Part shown: positions 1 to 12,300 of the stretch, in pieces | Position numbering within the stretch: the first letter of the stretch is position 1 | Layout: every line of letters starts with the position of its first letter | From: Cenococcum geophilum | Lineage: Eukaryota | Reading direction: 5' to 3' | NCBI GenBank assembly: GCA_050273025.1 | Contig: CP158635.1 | Location: 18,414,001-18,478,000 of the forward strand | Length of the DNA: 64,000 nucleotides | Position numbers and translations under genes: made by a program | The notes under the pieces: generated by a model | The model's database searches: none | What the model was told of the DNA's origin: nothing | What the model saw: only the letters and a program-made list of their open reading frames with translations

Positions 1-83
1 GAGCGCATCGAGTGTTGTTGTAAAACCAATCTCCCAACACATAACTTAAAACCAACTTACTTTCGACCGGCTACCTCTATCCC

Positions 84-1249
84 ATGAAAATGGCTTCAGA
101 GCCCCCCGCAGCGGCAGCAGAAGCCCTGATACCACAATTCCAACTCGAACGGCTGCTCAACCAAGGTAGTCCCTTCTCCCCATGCCTTCCCGCACATCAG
201 TGTCATTTACCAGCCACAAACAGACCAAGCCGGGCGCCGCATTGTGCTCCTAGGTACCATCGCTTCTAAACCTGCCATCCTCCTTGCCGAGCGCGCCGCC
301 TTTGCCACCGACACCGCACACCTCTCCTCGTTCGCTAGCTCGCTCGAAAATATCAAGAACCTGGGCGCCAACGATATCTACAACTGGTTCCTAGCGTCCT
401 CGACTTCGACCCCGGATCCTGCATCGCAACCACCAGATCTCAAGCTCAATCTAATCTATCCGTGTGGCGAGCAGCATGTCAAGAAGTACTCGCAGCAGGG
501 CATGCGCATGGTCACAGAAACACCTGAGATCTACCGCGATTATGTAAGGCCGTTTATACAGAAGAAGAGGGAGGAAGGACGGCTAAACTGGGTCTTTAAT
601 ATTATTGAAGGCAGGACGGAGCAGGAGGATGTCATTTATCGCGAGCATGGGGAAGAGGGTTTTTTGCTACTTCCAGACCTGTCAGTACTAGAATGGAGTT
701 TCGCTTAGACCCACGGAGAAATCGAGCTAACGAGAACTACCATATAGCAACTGGGACCGCAAAACGATGACGAGCCTTCATTTGCTTGGCATTGTTGAGA
801 GGCGGGACGTTTGGTCCGTGAGAGACTTGCAGAGGAAGCATATCACATGGGTAAAGCATATGCGCCAGAAACTGCTAGATGCGACTGTCAAACTGTACCC
901 TGAGCTTGAAAAAGACCAGTTGAAGCTCTACGTGCACTGTGAGTGTACCTCCTCCCCTGTATCTAGCAAGACGCTAAAGGTGGCTTTAGATCAACCCACA
1001 TACTACCATTTTCACATCCACATTGTGCACGTGGCTTTGGAGGCTAGCGGTACGCAGGCTACTGGCAAGGCTCTGGGACTGGAGAATATCATCGGCCAGC
1101 TGGAAATGCTACAAGCAAAGCCAGCGGAGGTGGGTGATGAGGCAGGTATGGCGGATGTGAGCTTGACGTATCATTTGGGAGAGGCAAGTGAGCTTTGGAC
1201 GGATGTCTTTCAACCTCTTAAAACAGGACGCAACAGAGAGATGAAATAA
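84..1249 (+). CDS. DCS1: m7GpppX diphosphatase (scavenger mRNA decapping enzyme), 4 exons: ~84-165, 224-680, 748-938, 990-1249
   Basis: GT..AG introns join three ORF pieces. DcpS motifs are present: NDIYNW, KLNLIYP, LNWVFNIIEG, LLPDLNWD, and the HIT motif YQPTYYHFHIH. Confidence 0.93.
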
Positions 1250-1653
1250 GTTTTCGGCTAGAAGTTAGTGATAGATTGGACAAGAGCTAAGCGCTTATCA
1301 GCGTTATGGTAAAGATTCCAGCTCACTACTTGGTGCCTTTTATATTCAAGAAAAATCTTCTATTGGGTTGGCTATCGAAATCGAAGATGAAAATTAAGTA
1401 GCAAGCATTCAGCACAGAGACTGCGCTATCTCATACTTCACACAAACTGGCTGAGAAACATTGACGTTGAGTGTCCCTTCGAGCAATATTCATAATTGAA
1501 TATGCTCCAATCTCTCCTTCAATGCCCTCGAGTATTTTCAGATACCCAGAACACCCAATGCGCAGGTCGCATTCGCAAGACATCTTCTCAGTTTAGTAAC
1601 AATTGTGAAAAGCTCCTCACATGAGTCATCAATATCACGACGCCTGCCTCTCA

Positions 1654-2360
1654 CTAATATCTTCCCTTCTTGTAGCAATTCTCTTCCCCCTTTGCGTGTT
1701 CGTGGTACTCGCAGGATTCCCTTGCGGGGCATGTGAAGTCTCTTTTAGTTTTCTTCGCATTCATGAAGGCTAAAGCCACATCTTGGAGGCACTCTGCATT
1801 CCCAGCAGCCATTTGTATGAATGCTTCACTATCATAATATAAACAAACCTCTACAAACAATCGTCGAGCTGGTGAGTTTTGCGGAGTGTTCTGATATACT
1901 TGTTGGACCTCATGCGGAAATGTGCGTATCGTGTTCATTTTATTGATGATTGCGTCCATAAGGGCATCTCTGAAGTGCGAATCCTGTATTTTCTTCCCAA
2001 ATATGTAGGAATCGAAAAGCAACCCCCACTCGGCTGTCGAGGACGTGCTTGAAGCGTTTTCCTCTTCATCTTCTGATCTAGTGAAGATATATCCAAAGTA
2101 GAGCCACATGTGGTAAATCGTGAAGATCTTCACCTTGTCGTCAGGGAGATGGATCACTCGTTCTTTTGCCTTCCGCCGCCCCCTTTTCATGATATTTCTG
2201 AAGAAGGGGGAATGCTCGCATAGGAGTTGTTCATGGATGTGAAAGTCCGTCGTAGGATTGCTGACTCGAACTGTAACGATACTACTAGTGATTCTTGATG
2301 CTAATTAGCTAATTGAATACCTGTGATGATAGTATTTCCTTACTTTACAGATTTTGGCAT
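1654..2360 (-). CDS. BTB/POZ domain protein (fungal type)
   Basis: Extending the frame upstream of the listed ORF gives IVTVRVSNPTTDFHIHEQLLCEHSPFF...IHLPDD...FTIYHMWLY, followed by SYIFGKKIQDSHFRDALMDAI and a C-terminal CEYHEH. A short first exon (ATG 2360) is followed by a GTAAGG intron. Confidence 0.8.
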
Positions 2361-2443
2361 GAGTTTCCTAACAGAGGTAGTTGCGTCCGGTTTTCTGCCG
2401 TGAGTTAGCGCAGGTTGAAGTGGCTTGGTGGATTGCGAGAAAC

Positions 2444-3352
2444 TTACCGCCGAGACTTTTTCTTGTGGGCTTTCGGTTTCTTAACTGCTTTGACTGCCTG
2501 GCACTGGATGGTCCTGGTAGAGGCTTTGTAGCATGGCTCTCCTTTAGAAGTGTGCTCGTGATATAGACAAGAATCGCGCACGAAAGGTGCCACACCAGTG
2601 TAGTCTTCGGGTGATTCGATTTTCTTATACAGAGCTCGTCCAAGTTCTACCAAAAAATCTTGATTAAGATCAGGCACAACATCATCTTCCAGCCATGCTT
2701 CGCCTCCTACCCAGACATATGCGTCCACCATAAGGCGTCTGATCAAAGCTCCTGGCGGTGTGTATTCCCATATTTCGCGGGAGTTTATAGAGTAGCTGTC
2801 GTCTTCCTCGCTTCCTTCAATAATAGCATCGATAATGGCATCCTTGAAATCGGAATCTTGGATCTTATCCCCGAATACATAAGCGCCAAAGAGTCCGTCG
2901 TATTCTACAGTCGATGTTTTGTCTACTTCACCTTCAGGCTTAGTGAAGATACGATTGGAGTAGAGCCACGCCACATAAACCTTGATATTTTCAGGCTTGT
3001 CATCGGGAAGTTTAAGAATACGGTCGTTATCTCCTGTCCATTTCTTCTTCATAGCGTTGGTGAAGAAAGGCGAACGGTCGCAGAGAAGCTCTCTGTGAAC
3101 AAGGAAGTCGGTGGGGTCATCGGGGCCTACACGAAGCGTAATAATGGCACCGTAGATCCTGATTGAATTTAGAATTACTCTGAGCCGGTGAATTCAATCG
3201 GCTTACTTCGGAGCATTGCTTGAAAGGCTTCGTACGTTTTGCAATAAGTCAGGGTTCCTAGCTAGAGGTTAGAGAAATTTTGAGCGATTGCTGGGAACCT
3301 TCGATGTAAAATACTTGGGTGTTACAACCGACGGGGGAGTTATCACCGGCAT
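2444..3352 (-). CDS. BTB/POZ domain protein, tandem paralog of the neighbouring gene (5' exons approximate)
   Basis: IITLRVGPDDPTDFLVHRELLCDRSPFFTNAMKKKW...LKLPDD...YVAWLY, AYVFGDKIQDSDFKDAIIDAI and CLYHEH. The motif layout matches 1654-2360. Confidence 0.8.
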
Positions 3353-4679
3353 TGCTTGTCGTCTAAAAGCTTTGATAGAGGCTTCCTTAATCGTTCGTGG
3401 TGTTCCTAGGACAATCCTTAAGCCTATAAAGATCGGTGGGTAGATTCAGTATACCATAGTCGTCAAAATCGTCAGTTTAAAAAGGTGTGCGGTCACGGCT
3501 CTAGTGGTAGGTTTTTCGCGACCCGATTTGGCTAAACTTTATATTAAGTCGGCTAACAAGATCTATATCACTAGAAGTACGATTGGAAGGCATGCTTGAT
3601 AGTATTGTAGATTAAATCTATATAGGCTATACGCATACTTCTGATTCTGGTGTTCCGTATGTATGGATCACATACTCGATGGGCACCAGCGGGTTAAGGG
3701 ATAAAGCTTGACGAAGGAGTACGTTGAGAGCTCTCATGGAGTCTTCCGACCCGTACTTCTCACCTTCTAAAAACAGAGAGCTCTTTACGCCATGTCTTTC
3801 ACCTTCATTCACCATATGTTTTACCCATAAACTCTATGTGAATTTTTTCTCGTGTCGGTTCCGTTTTAGCCTTTGGGCGTGAGCAATGGCCGCTTTTACC
3901 TGAGCTGAGGGTGAGTGACCCTGAGCAGAGCCTGAGCATCCTGATCATGCCCTGAGTCATCATACTTCGGGTCCCATTTTGGCTTTACCTCAGCGGGCTC
4001 AGACGTGATTTTTTAGCTAGCGTCGGAATAACCTACGCCGTCTTCCGAATTGCGAAATCACGTCTAAGAGCCTTTGGCGAGTTTTGTTGGAAGCGTAAGC
4101 AAAAATCTTAGTTTTAGCGATTTTATAAAGGGATTTCCTCTACAACGTGGTAAAATAAAGTCTTTAAAAGTTCATAGATATATCTTAGGGGGCTATTTTA
4201 TATACTAACAGCTTTAGAATTATACTGTCCCCTCCCGAATTTAAGATTAATTTCGTTAAAGTTAAAATTCCCGTTGTTAAAAGCGTAAGTACCTTTACGT
4301 ACCCTTATATACAGGCCCACGTAAGATATAAAAAGCCTAAAATCTCATAATCTATAGAGCTAGATCTCCTAAGTAATTTAACATAATTTTTACCTTAAAA
4401 TACGTTGTGGGGAGATTAATTAATTTTGTTGGGGTTTATAAGTTTTCCTTACAAAAAAAGCTTATGCTTCCACACAAATCTCGCCAAAGTCCAAGAAATC
4501 GATCAAATATCCAAAGGAGATTAGCGCGCCAGCGCAATCGATTTCTTGGTCTGAGCTTCTGAGGTAATCTGCTTGGATGCCTGCAGCATGTTCCAACACC
4601 CGCCAAGCCCCTCAAACACCAACCACGCCTTCAGCCGAAGCTAGCCCACCACCCCTCCACGCACACCCCCGAACCCGTC

Positions 4680-6220
4680 ATGACCACACTCCCCGGCCTC
4701 TCCCTCTCTGCGCCGCAAGAAAGCTTCCCCCAAACCTCTGTCTTACGCACTCAGGACCTGCCCGCCGGCTCCGAATACCGTTTCGAAGTCTCCTTCTCGC
4801 GCAGCTTGGGCGTTAAGCTGCTCAGCGGCACCGCCGAGCTCTTTGGCACCGAGCTCGCACCCAACACTAAGGACCCGTACACCTTCTCCGGCACGAAAGG
4901 CGCGATATACACCTGGCATGGCTGCAAGCTGGAGCTGTCGGGCGAGGCGGAGAGCGAGTACACGGCCGAGGAGACGCAGATGATGAGCTATGCGAACGCG
5001 CACTTTGCGCTAGAGAACGTCCGCGAGAGAGCGAAAGCGGTCGGGCAGATGGGCCCGCGCGTGCTGGTGGTCGGGCCGGAGAATGCGGGCAAGACCAGCG
5101 TCGTGAGGATCCTGACGGCGTATGTGGTTAAGGCTGGTCGCCAGCCTGTTGTGGTGAATCTGGATCCGCGCCAGGGGATGCTGAGCGTGCCGGGCTCGTT
5201 GACGGCAGCGACGTTTGCGTCAATTTTGGATGTCGAGGAGGGCTGGGGGAGTAGTCCTATCTCGGGGCCGAGTCCGGTGCCTGTCAAGATGCCGCTGGTG
5301 TACCATTATGGGCTTGCTAGTCCAGAGGAGGGGAAGACATTCAGGCCATTGGTGACGCGGATGGCACTCGCTATGACGAGTAGGCTGGAGGAGGATGCGG
5401 AGGCAAAGACTGCAGGCTGTATCATAGATACACCAGGTGCTATCAGCCATGGGAAGGGAGGAGTATACGAGAATATTCAGCATATAATATCTGAGTTTTC
5501 GGGTGCGTACATTCGTGATGTTTGCCCTCTATTCTTGACATCCCTCGTCCAAAAATATGACCCCAAGCAAGCCCGTGCTGACTAGCCACTATAGTAAACG
5601 TACTCCTTGTCCTGGGCTCTGAACGGCTTTACAGCGACATGTCACGGAAATTTTCTAACCGCCCTTCTGAAGAGCCAGTCTCGGTCATCAAACTTGACAA
5701 GTCAGGAGGTTGTGTAGATCGAGATGAATTTTACATGAAGCAACTCCGGCAATCACAGATACGAGCATACTTCTTCGGGCATGGAGTTAACACGCTCAGC
5801 CCTCATACCCATTGGGAAGACTACAGTTCTGTGCACATCTTTAAAGTTGTGGAAGGTATGTTCTTAGTTGAATTACGAGACAAAATGTTTTCATAGCCCT
5901 AACTCATCTTAGAAGCTAAAAATACCAATCGTTCTTTCTTACCTGGCGACGATGATGATGAAAATGCCTCCACTACAATTTACGAAAAGGTTCAACCATC
6001 TCCAATGATCCAGAACTCACTCCTAGCTGTCACAAATGCAGATCCAAATGATAGGCAAGAGGCGATTCGAGATTCTAGTATTATGGGCTACGTATATGTG
6101 GCAGACGTGGAGGAGGCAAAGCACAAGATTAGATTATTAGCACCTCTGAGTGGGCGAGTCCCACCACACGCGATGGTTTTGGGGAGTTTTCCAGAAGACG
6201 TTGCTGATCTTGTTGGTTAA
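4680..6220 (+). CDS. CLP1: mRNA cleavage/polyadenylation factor Clp1 (polynucleotide 5'-kinase fold), exons ~4680-5502, 5595-5855, ~5913-6220
   Basis: GTAELFGTEL, IYTWHGCKLE, P-loop GPENAGKTS, VNLDPRQG, IIDTPG, KLDKSGGCVDRD and GYVYVADV. Introns are GT..AG. Confidence 0.93.
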
Positions 6221-6348
6221 CTTTTGTCATTGTATCCCACAGTCCGACTTAGAGCGGATCAAGTCTTTGGAGGGTATCCGATTATGTACTCTAAAACTAT
6301 AGCTACAGAAATCTCAAATACAATATTCAAACATCCTTCCAATGGGGT

Positions 6349-7521
6349 TTAGCTGCCATGCATATCGTCATTGACCCTTGTTATGAGATCCGTTAATATC
6401 TTGACTGTGCTTCGCACACCCTGTAATACGTTCTCGTCTGGGCCTTGTCCAGGCGTCCATTTTGCGTGTGCGAAGTCGATGAGTTTGACTGTAGCAAGCT
6501 TAGGGAGCTCATCCTCTTCATCTTCGTCATCCTCTTCGTCATTGTCGTTATCATCCCTATCCTCAACATCATTGCTGTTCGGCGGAGTGTTCTCCAGGAT
6601 CTTCTTCGCCGCATCAAATGTCTCGACATCACCTTCATACACCAATAACAAGCTCGCTGAATACATCCGACTCTCCTTCCGCTCAAAGATCTCCTGAATA
6701 TTTTGCACATCGATGATAAACCGCTTCAAGCACTCCGAAGCCCTCTCAAAATCAGCTCTTGTGCGCTTTGCCCCAAACTTGGGCGGCAAGATGTAATCCG
6801 TGAAGCCTTGCATGACGTTTTGCACACTTAACTTCCTCCCATACATTTTATTGTAGACCCAGTATTCCGTCTCTTTCTCTAGATCCACTAATCCTCTTAG
6901 CTTCTCATCCTGTGCCGTCGGATCCTTAGCTCCTTGACCCTGCCAAGTCCTCATACCAGCAATCCGGAGGCCCAGAGGGCTGCTAGTGCTCTCTGCAGCC
7001 ACCTTATCCAGGCGTGCCCGCTTCTCGGGCCGGGCATTCTCGTCCCATAAGCGTGCGCCGAGCTTGATGTCGAGGATGTTGGGCTTCTTGAAGCCGGCGG
7101 CGATGTTCTCGAGCACGATGGACTGGTCCGTCTGCAGCTTCTTGCCGTGTATGCGTTTAGTCTCATCTTCTCCTATAGCGACCACAGGAACGACGGGAAT
7201 GGGCGAGTCTGCCCCGTTGACGGATGACGCGGCGGTCGAGGGTTGCTGGGATGAGCTCAGCTGCAAGGTACCCATAAAGGTCGGCATGTAAGCGGCGAGG
7301 TCGGGGTGCGAGAGTCTCGTGGACTCGTAGAAGGCGATTTCGGTAGCCGTGCAGGGCTTTATGATGAGTTCGCCCGACGGGTCGGAGAGTACACCGTCAC
7401 TGGGGCCAATCGGTGAGCATATGTAGCATGTGAAAGCAGGCACGAGCACAGGTACTTACTGGCCGGCAGCAGCATTGGAGAAGGCGCTGAGGGTTGAAGG
7501 GTCTAGATTGGGTATGGCCAT
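6349..7521 (-). CDS. IPK2: Inositol polyphosphate multikinase (Ipk2/Arg82), 2 exons
   Basis: Splicing the GTAAGT..CAG intron gives AAAGH|DGVLSDPSG. IPK motifs KPNILDIKLG, SASLLLVYEGD and LIDFAH are present, plus an Asp/Glu-rich insert as in Arg82. Confidence 0.9.
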
Positions 7522-8306
7522 GAGTGTAGAGTGCCTAGGATTGCGATTGAAGATGCATTATATATGTCTGTGAAAAGGTGGCTGCAGTAGTGATGATGAC
7601 GGATGCTGGGGGCCGTTTTGTACACGCCTCGGTAGGGCTGAGCTCCCCGCTCCCCTGTACCACGACTCATGTACTGCAGATATGTAATACATGCAGGTCC
7701 GCCTGACTCGCCTCAACACAAAATCAACGTCAAGAGATTTTGTGTGCTTTGGGGCTGGCCGAGTAGCAATGCAAAAATAGGCGGAGCCTTCTAACGACGT
7801 AGTCTTTCACCAGCCATCTATGTTGTCTAATTTGGCACACCTTCACCTACTACGTGTACTTACCCGGAGCTCTACTTGCCTCGTATTGTGCATGCCGCCT
7901 GCCGCGAGTTGCACAACACGCGCCGCTTGCGACTTCATCACTTCATCTGTTTTCCTCTCTGTCTCTCGGACTTGAGCTTCTTCAAGTTGAATTACCATTT
8001 CTTGCCACTAGCCAGTTCTTTTCATCTGAATTCAAACGCAGCATCTCTTCATCCACACCTCATCTTTATTCAGCCTCGCTGACCAGGACACTAACACCTA
8101 CGCGGGGCAACGCGGGGCAACGCAGAGAGACAAACGGGCGCGGGGCGTATACAGTTTTGGGGCACTCAATACCACTACGCCAAAACCACGATCTTGAACA
8201 GATACACAACACTGAAACTTCATCTGCAGGGCGCTAACAGATTACTTTAGCCTAGCTGAACCACGTAGTTTGAAAGACAGCCCTATATATCCTCAAGACT
8301 ATCAAT

Positions 8307-10500
8307 ATGCCTTCTGAAGAGACCACATCACTAACCGACGTGCACGAAAGCAACGAGGCCGGCCTTGGACAACAGCCTCGCTCTACGACTGGTAACCCAC
8401 TCGAGCACTCTCCGTCACAAGGCCTAGGAGAATCGAACGCCCGACCTGACGATAAGGCAGAGAGCTCTGCTTCAGGTACGCCTGAAGTAGAAGACCATCC
8501 CGATGGTGATGAGATTCGGAGACAAGTACGTAAGATACAACATCTCTTGAAACATCTGGAGCACTTCGGCAGAATTAAGGCTCATATATCTCGTGTTATA
8601 TAGGTCGAGTACTATTTCTCAGATGAAAACCTCCCCACTGACAAGTACCTTCTCGAGTTCTGTCGTGGTAAAGAGAACCTCCCCGTCTCCATAGGTCGAA
8701 TATGCGGCTTCAAAAAGATGCGGCACTACAAGCCGCGCAAGCAAGTTGTCGCAGCTCTCCGAAAGAGCGCTTTTCTCGACGTGTCTGAAGATGGCAAGAC
8801 TATCAAGCGGAAGATTCCTCTGAAAGGCCTAACAATTCTGGATGACAATAATAGCGATTCTGATGGTGCTCTAAGGCCTGAATCCACACTCGCAGCAAAG
8901 CTAAAGGAGGCGAAGAAGGCGAAGAAGGCAAAGAAACTTGTGATTCCGCAGCCGAACAAAGATATTCCTGCTGGGATGACAAAAAATATGGTAAGGACGT
9001 TTCTGGCCATATTTCACCCCTGCGTGCTTACACGCACACTCAGATTAAACCCCATGGTTTCGAAGAGTATTATGTCGACGGCCCCATTACGCCTGCTGAA
9101 TTCAAAGAAGAGGAGAGTATGTACGACCCGAGCGTCTCTTTCATTGAGCGCATTGAAATCGCCATTCAGCGCTTCAAGCAAAAGCGACGCATGCACGAAA
9201 TTTACTCCCAAGTCTTCAACAAATGGATGAAATTTGGCGGCGTTGATTCTGCTCCTCGCCAATTTACTGGCCGGCTGACGCAAGAAGAGATGGAGGGGAA
9301 GGATGCAGGAGAGATCGCGCGTATGATGGCAACACACCAGGTGGACTGGGATCGGGAGGATGAGGAGCAATGGGCTGTCGACTTCGAAGGCGTTGCTAAA
9401 GCATTCCTGTACGTCCCTACATCCACACCTTATCCTTTAGAAGCTAACCAACCCATCCAACCCACCATAGCTCATCCTACTACCCCGCCTACTTCAGCTA
9501 CTCCACCGCAGAAGTCAAACGCACGACCCAAGTCCTCCGCTCCTTCTACAACTACCTCCTCCACCATAACGTGTGCCCAGAGCATGAATCCTCCATCCTC
9601 GCCGCCCGCCGCATCTGCGACCTCGCCGACCACGAACTCCCCGCCATCCGCGCCGCCGGCACCTCCCTCCCCGGCTCCTTCAACGTCGCCTGCTCCAGCC
9701 TCTTCGGCGGCTTCCACTCCACGCTCTACACGGGCGACAAAGGCTGGGCCGACACCACCCCCCCGCCTACAGCCTCAGACTGGGACAACATCGGCATGTC
9801 GTCGACCGTCGGCATGCGAGGCGAGGAAGCCGCCGTGGTCTTCAAAACCGGCATCGTGGCCTACGGCACCGAGGCGCAGTACGACTTCGTAACGGAGCGC
9901 GGCATCACCGCGATGGCGGTGCTGCGCGACGAGCTCGTCGGGCTCGAAATCGCGTCCCTCGTCCCCGCCCCGCCCGATATCTGCGAGCTCTACACAGCCC
10001 AGAACGACATGTGGGCATACAAGCTGTCGCTGACGCCGCTCGGCAAGATGCGGTGCGCGCCCTGGGCGGTGCCCAGCTTTGACGAGTGGGACCTGCCGGC
10101 GACGAAGCGGGCCACGCTACGGGATAGAGAGTACGAGTTCTGGGTCGAGGATAAGGTGCTGGATCAGTGCTTTGTGGGCATGAAGATGGAGGCGCGGGTT
10201 ATGGAGTTGAGCTGTGGCATCTGGGTCCTCGACAGTGTCTGTGAGGTGCACTGCTCGTTCTTCACATGGCTGCCGAATGAGCTGCTCATGGAGAAGAGAC
10301 CGAAGGAGGTGGTGTGGCTTAAGTCGCGCGAGGCACAGGAGGCTGAGAGGGCGGAGGCAGGGGAGGAGGGAGAAGGGGGTTCAGGAGGGTTGGAATCTGG
10401 GACGGGAGATGAGTCTGCTGGACTGGGTGGCGGTGTGGAGGTCATGTCGGGGAATCGCGGGGGCGAGGACGGCGTGTTGGAGTTTGCGGAGGAGGCGTAG
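8307..10500 (+). CDS. ARB1: Argonaute siRNA chaperone complex subunit Arb1-like protein with an N-terminal La-type HTH domain; exons 8307-8525, 8604-8990, 9044-9408, 9471-10500
   Basis: The La motif reads IRRQ|VEYYFSDENLPTDKYLL...GFKKMR...ALRKSAFLDVSEDG. The Arb1-like segments are GFEEYYVDGPITPAEF, RIEIAIQRFKQKRR, SFYNYLLHHNVCPE, PGSFNVACSSLF and CFVGMKMEA. Confidence 0.82.
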
Positions 10501-11515
10501 AGCGACTTCGTGGTGTAGTATCGTACCCCCGCCTTTGAGCTTCTCACTTTCTCAGGTGCCTGATGGGCATGCAGGGTGTTATTATTCAAGGCCTCTCCAG
10601 CCCGTTCACGGCTGACAGAATTTTATATTTGTAATCTTGTTGACGGGAAATCCCCCTCAGGTTTAGTGGGCCCCTTGGGGCGTGGTCGCCTCGCTTGGCC
10701 ACCCCCTCCCATCCTCGACCGCCTCCTTCCTTCCTTCCTCTCCCTCCCTCCCTTTCTATTTGCTCTCACCTTCCCGTGCTCAATATAAGCGCATAGCACC
10801 TCTAACAGCCAACTTTTTTTTTCGTTCTTACTTCGCTACCTCCTTAATTTCCCTTATCTTATTCTACCCCCTCTAAGTATTATCAAAGTAGCCCTGTACC
10901 CTTCCTCTCTACTTTACCGCGCTTATAGCGCGCTTCGTTATCGCCCTACCGCGAACTCACAGCTCCCTGCGTTTACCTATTCACATCCCATCTTTTAGCT
11001 CTCTTCCGTTCTATAACCTTGCGATATCCCCTCTTTAGCCTCTTTTTAGAGGTTACTTGCTAGAAAATCGGCCTTTTCGTTCTATTACGGACTTAGCTTT
11101 CTTTACCGCCGTTGACCTCTCTACTCTAATCTCCCTTACCCTCTTTCCCCTTGGTCCCCTAATCTAAATTAGGCTTAAGCTTTAGCTCTAATTCCTAGCC
11201 CTACTCCTAGCCACGAACTCCGCGCTACATCTCCCACTTAAATAACTTAAATCCTTGGCGTAATAGTTACTTTAATAACACTAGATAGATACACACGGTT
11301 CGGACTAGGGGTGGCGGTTCCGGTGCGACGCAATCCAGCCGGCGCGGCGGATTATCCGGACTTAGGCGCGATAGGGATATATAGGGATCGCCCGCCGCAC
11401 CGATACGACGCGACAATATAACAGCGGAGCCGTCACATGTACGAGTAATAATAAATACTATGAGGCTATATTACGACTTACTACAATATGTCCAATTAGT
11501 AAAATGCCTTACCTT

Positions 11516-12300
11516 CAGCGTGGTTTTTATTTTCAATATTGGCCAATCAGATTGATCAATATTGGCACTAATTAATATTGGCGAGTATTGGCGAGTATTG
11601 GCGAGTATTGGCGATATTTGTAATATTTGCAGATCCTCTTGGCGCCCCTTTAAAAATATTAACTTGAACACCGTACGGGCGTTTATATAAACGTTTGTAT
11701 AGGTGTTTGTGTAGGCAATTAATTAATAAATAAATTAATTATAGAGCCGTTTATATAGACGATTATAGAGTCTTCCTAGTATATTAGTGCTACGTATTAG
11801 TAGAGCTTAGAGTAGAGTAGAGTGTAGAGCTTTAAGTAGAGCTTTGGTAGGGCTTTAAGTAAAGCCTTATATAGAGCTTTAATAGAGCTTTAAGTAGAGC
11901 TTTAAGTAGAGCTTTAAGTAGAGCTTTGAGTAGAGCTTGGTGCAGAGCTTTGAGTAGAGCTTTAAGTAGAGCTTCGTGCAGAGCTTTGAGTAGAGCTTTG
12001 AGTAGAGCTTTGAGTAGAGCTTTGTGCAGAGCTTTTGTAGAGCTTGGTAGAGCTTCGTGCAGAGCTTTTGCAGAGCTTTGGTAGAGCTCCGCGCAAAGCT
12101 TCGCGCACAGCTCCGTGCATAGCTTACCCCTACGAGCTTAATTATCTTATAAAACTATTAATCTGTGTTAATAATTTATATAATCTTTATTTTAGAGTAA
12201 GTATATTTCTATTATAATAATTTTATCTAAATTGTTGCTAATATTTAAATATTGACACTGCAAATATTGGCTGGAATTTCGCTTATTGAAAACCACGCTG
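11516..12300. mobile_element. Non-autonomous hAT element (MITE-like)
   Basis: 12-bp TIRs CAGCGTGGTTTT / AAAACCACGCTG. The 8-bp TSD is CTTACCTT (11508-11515) vs CTTACTTT (12301-12308). Subterminal TATTGGCGAG repeats are present. Confidence 0.82.
11800..12140 (+). repeat. ~12-bp tandem array (AGAGCTTTGAGT / AGAGCTTCGTGC type)
   Basis: More than 20 visible GAGCTT-centred units. Confidence 0.9.

Noticed and set aside
9119..9892. 257-aa ORF with a long Pro/Ser/Thr tail
   Set aside because: Artefact of reading through the ARB1 intron 9409-9470 into the wrong frame.
10650..11290. Pyrimidine-rich, TpA-enriched stretch after ARB1
   Set aside because: Probably a RIPed repeat remnant, but no termini or protein motif could be identified.
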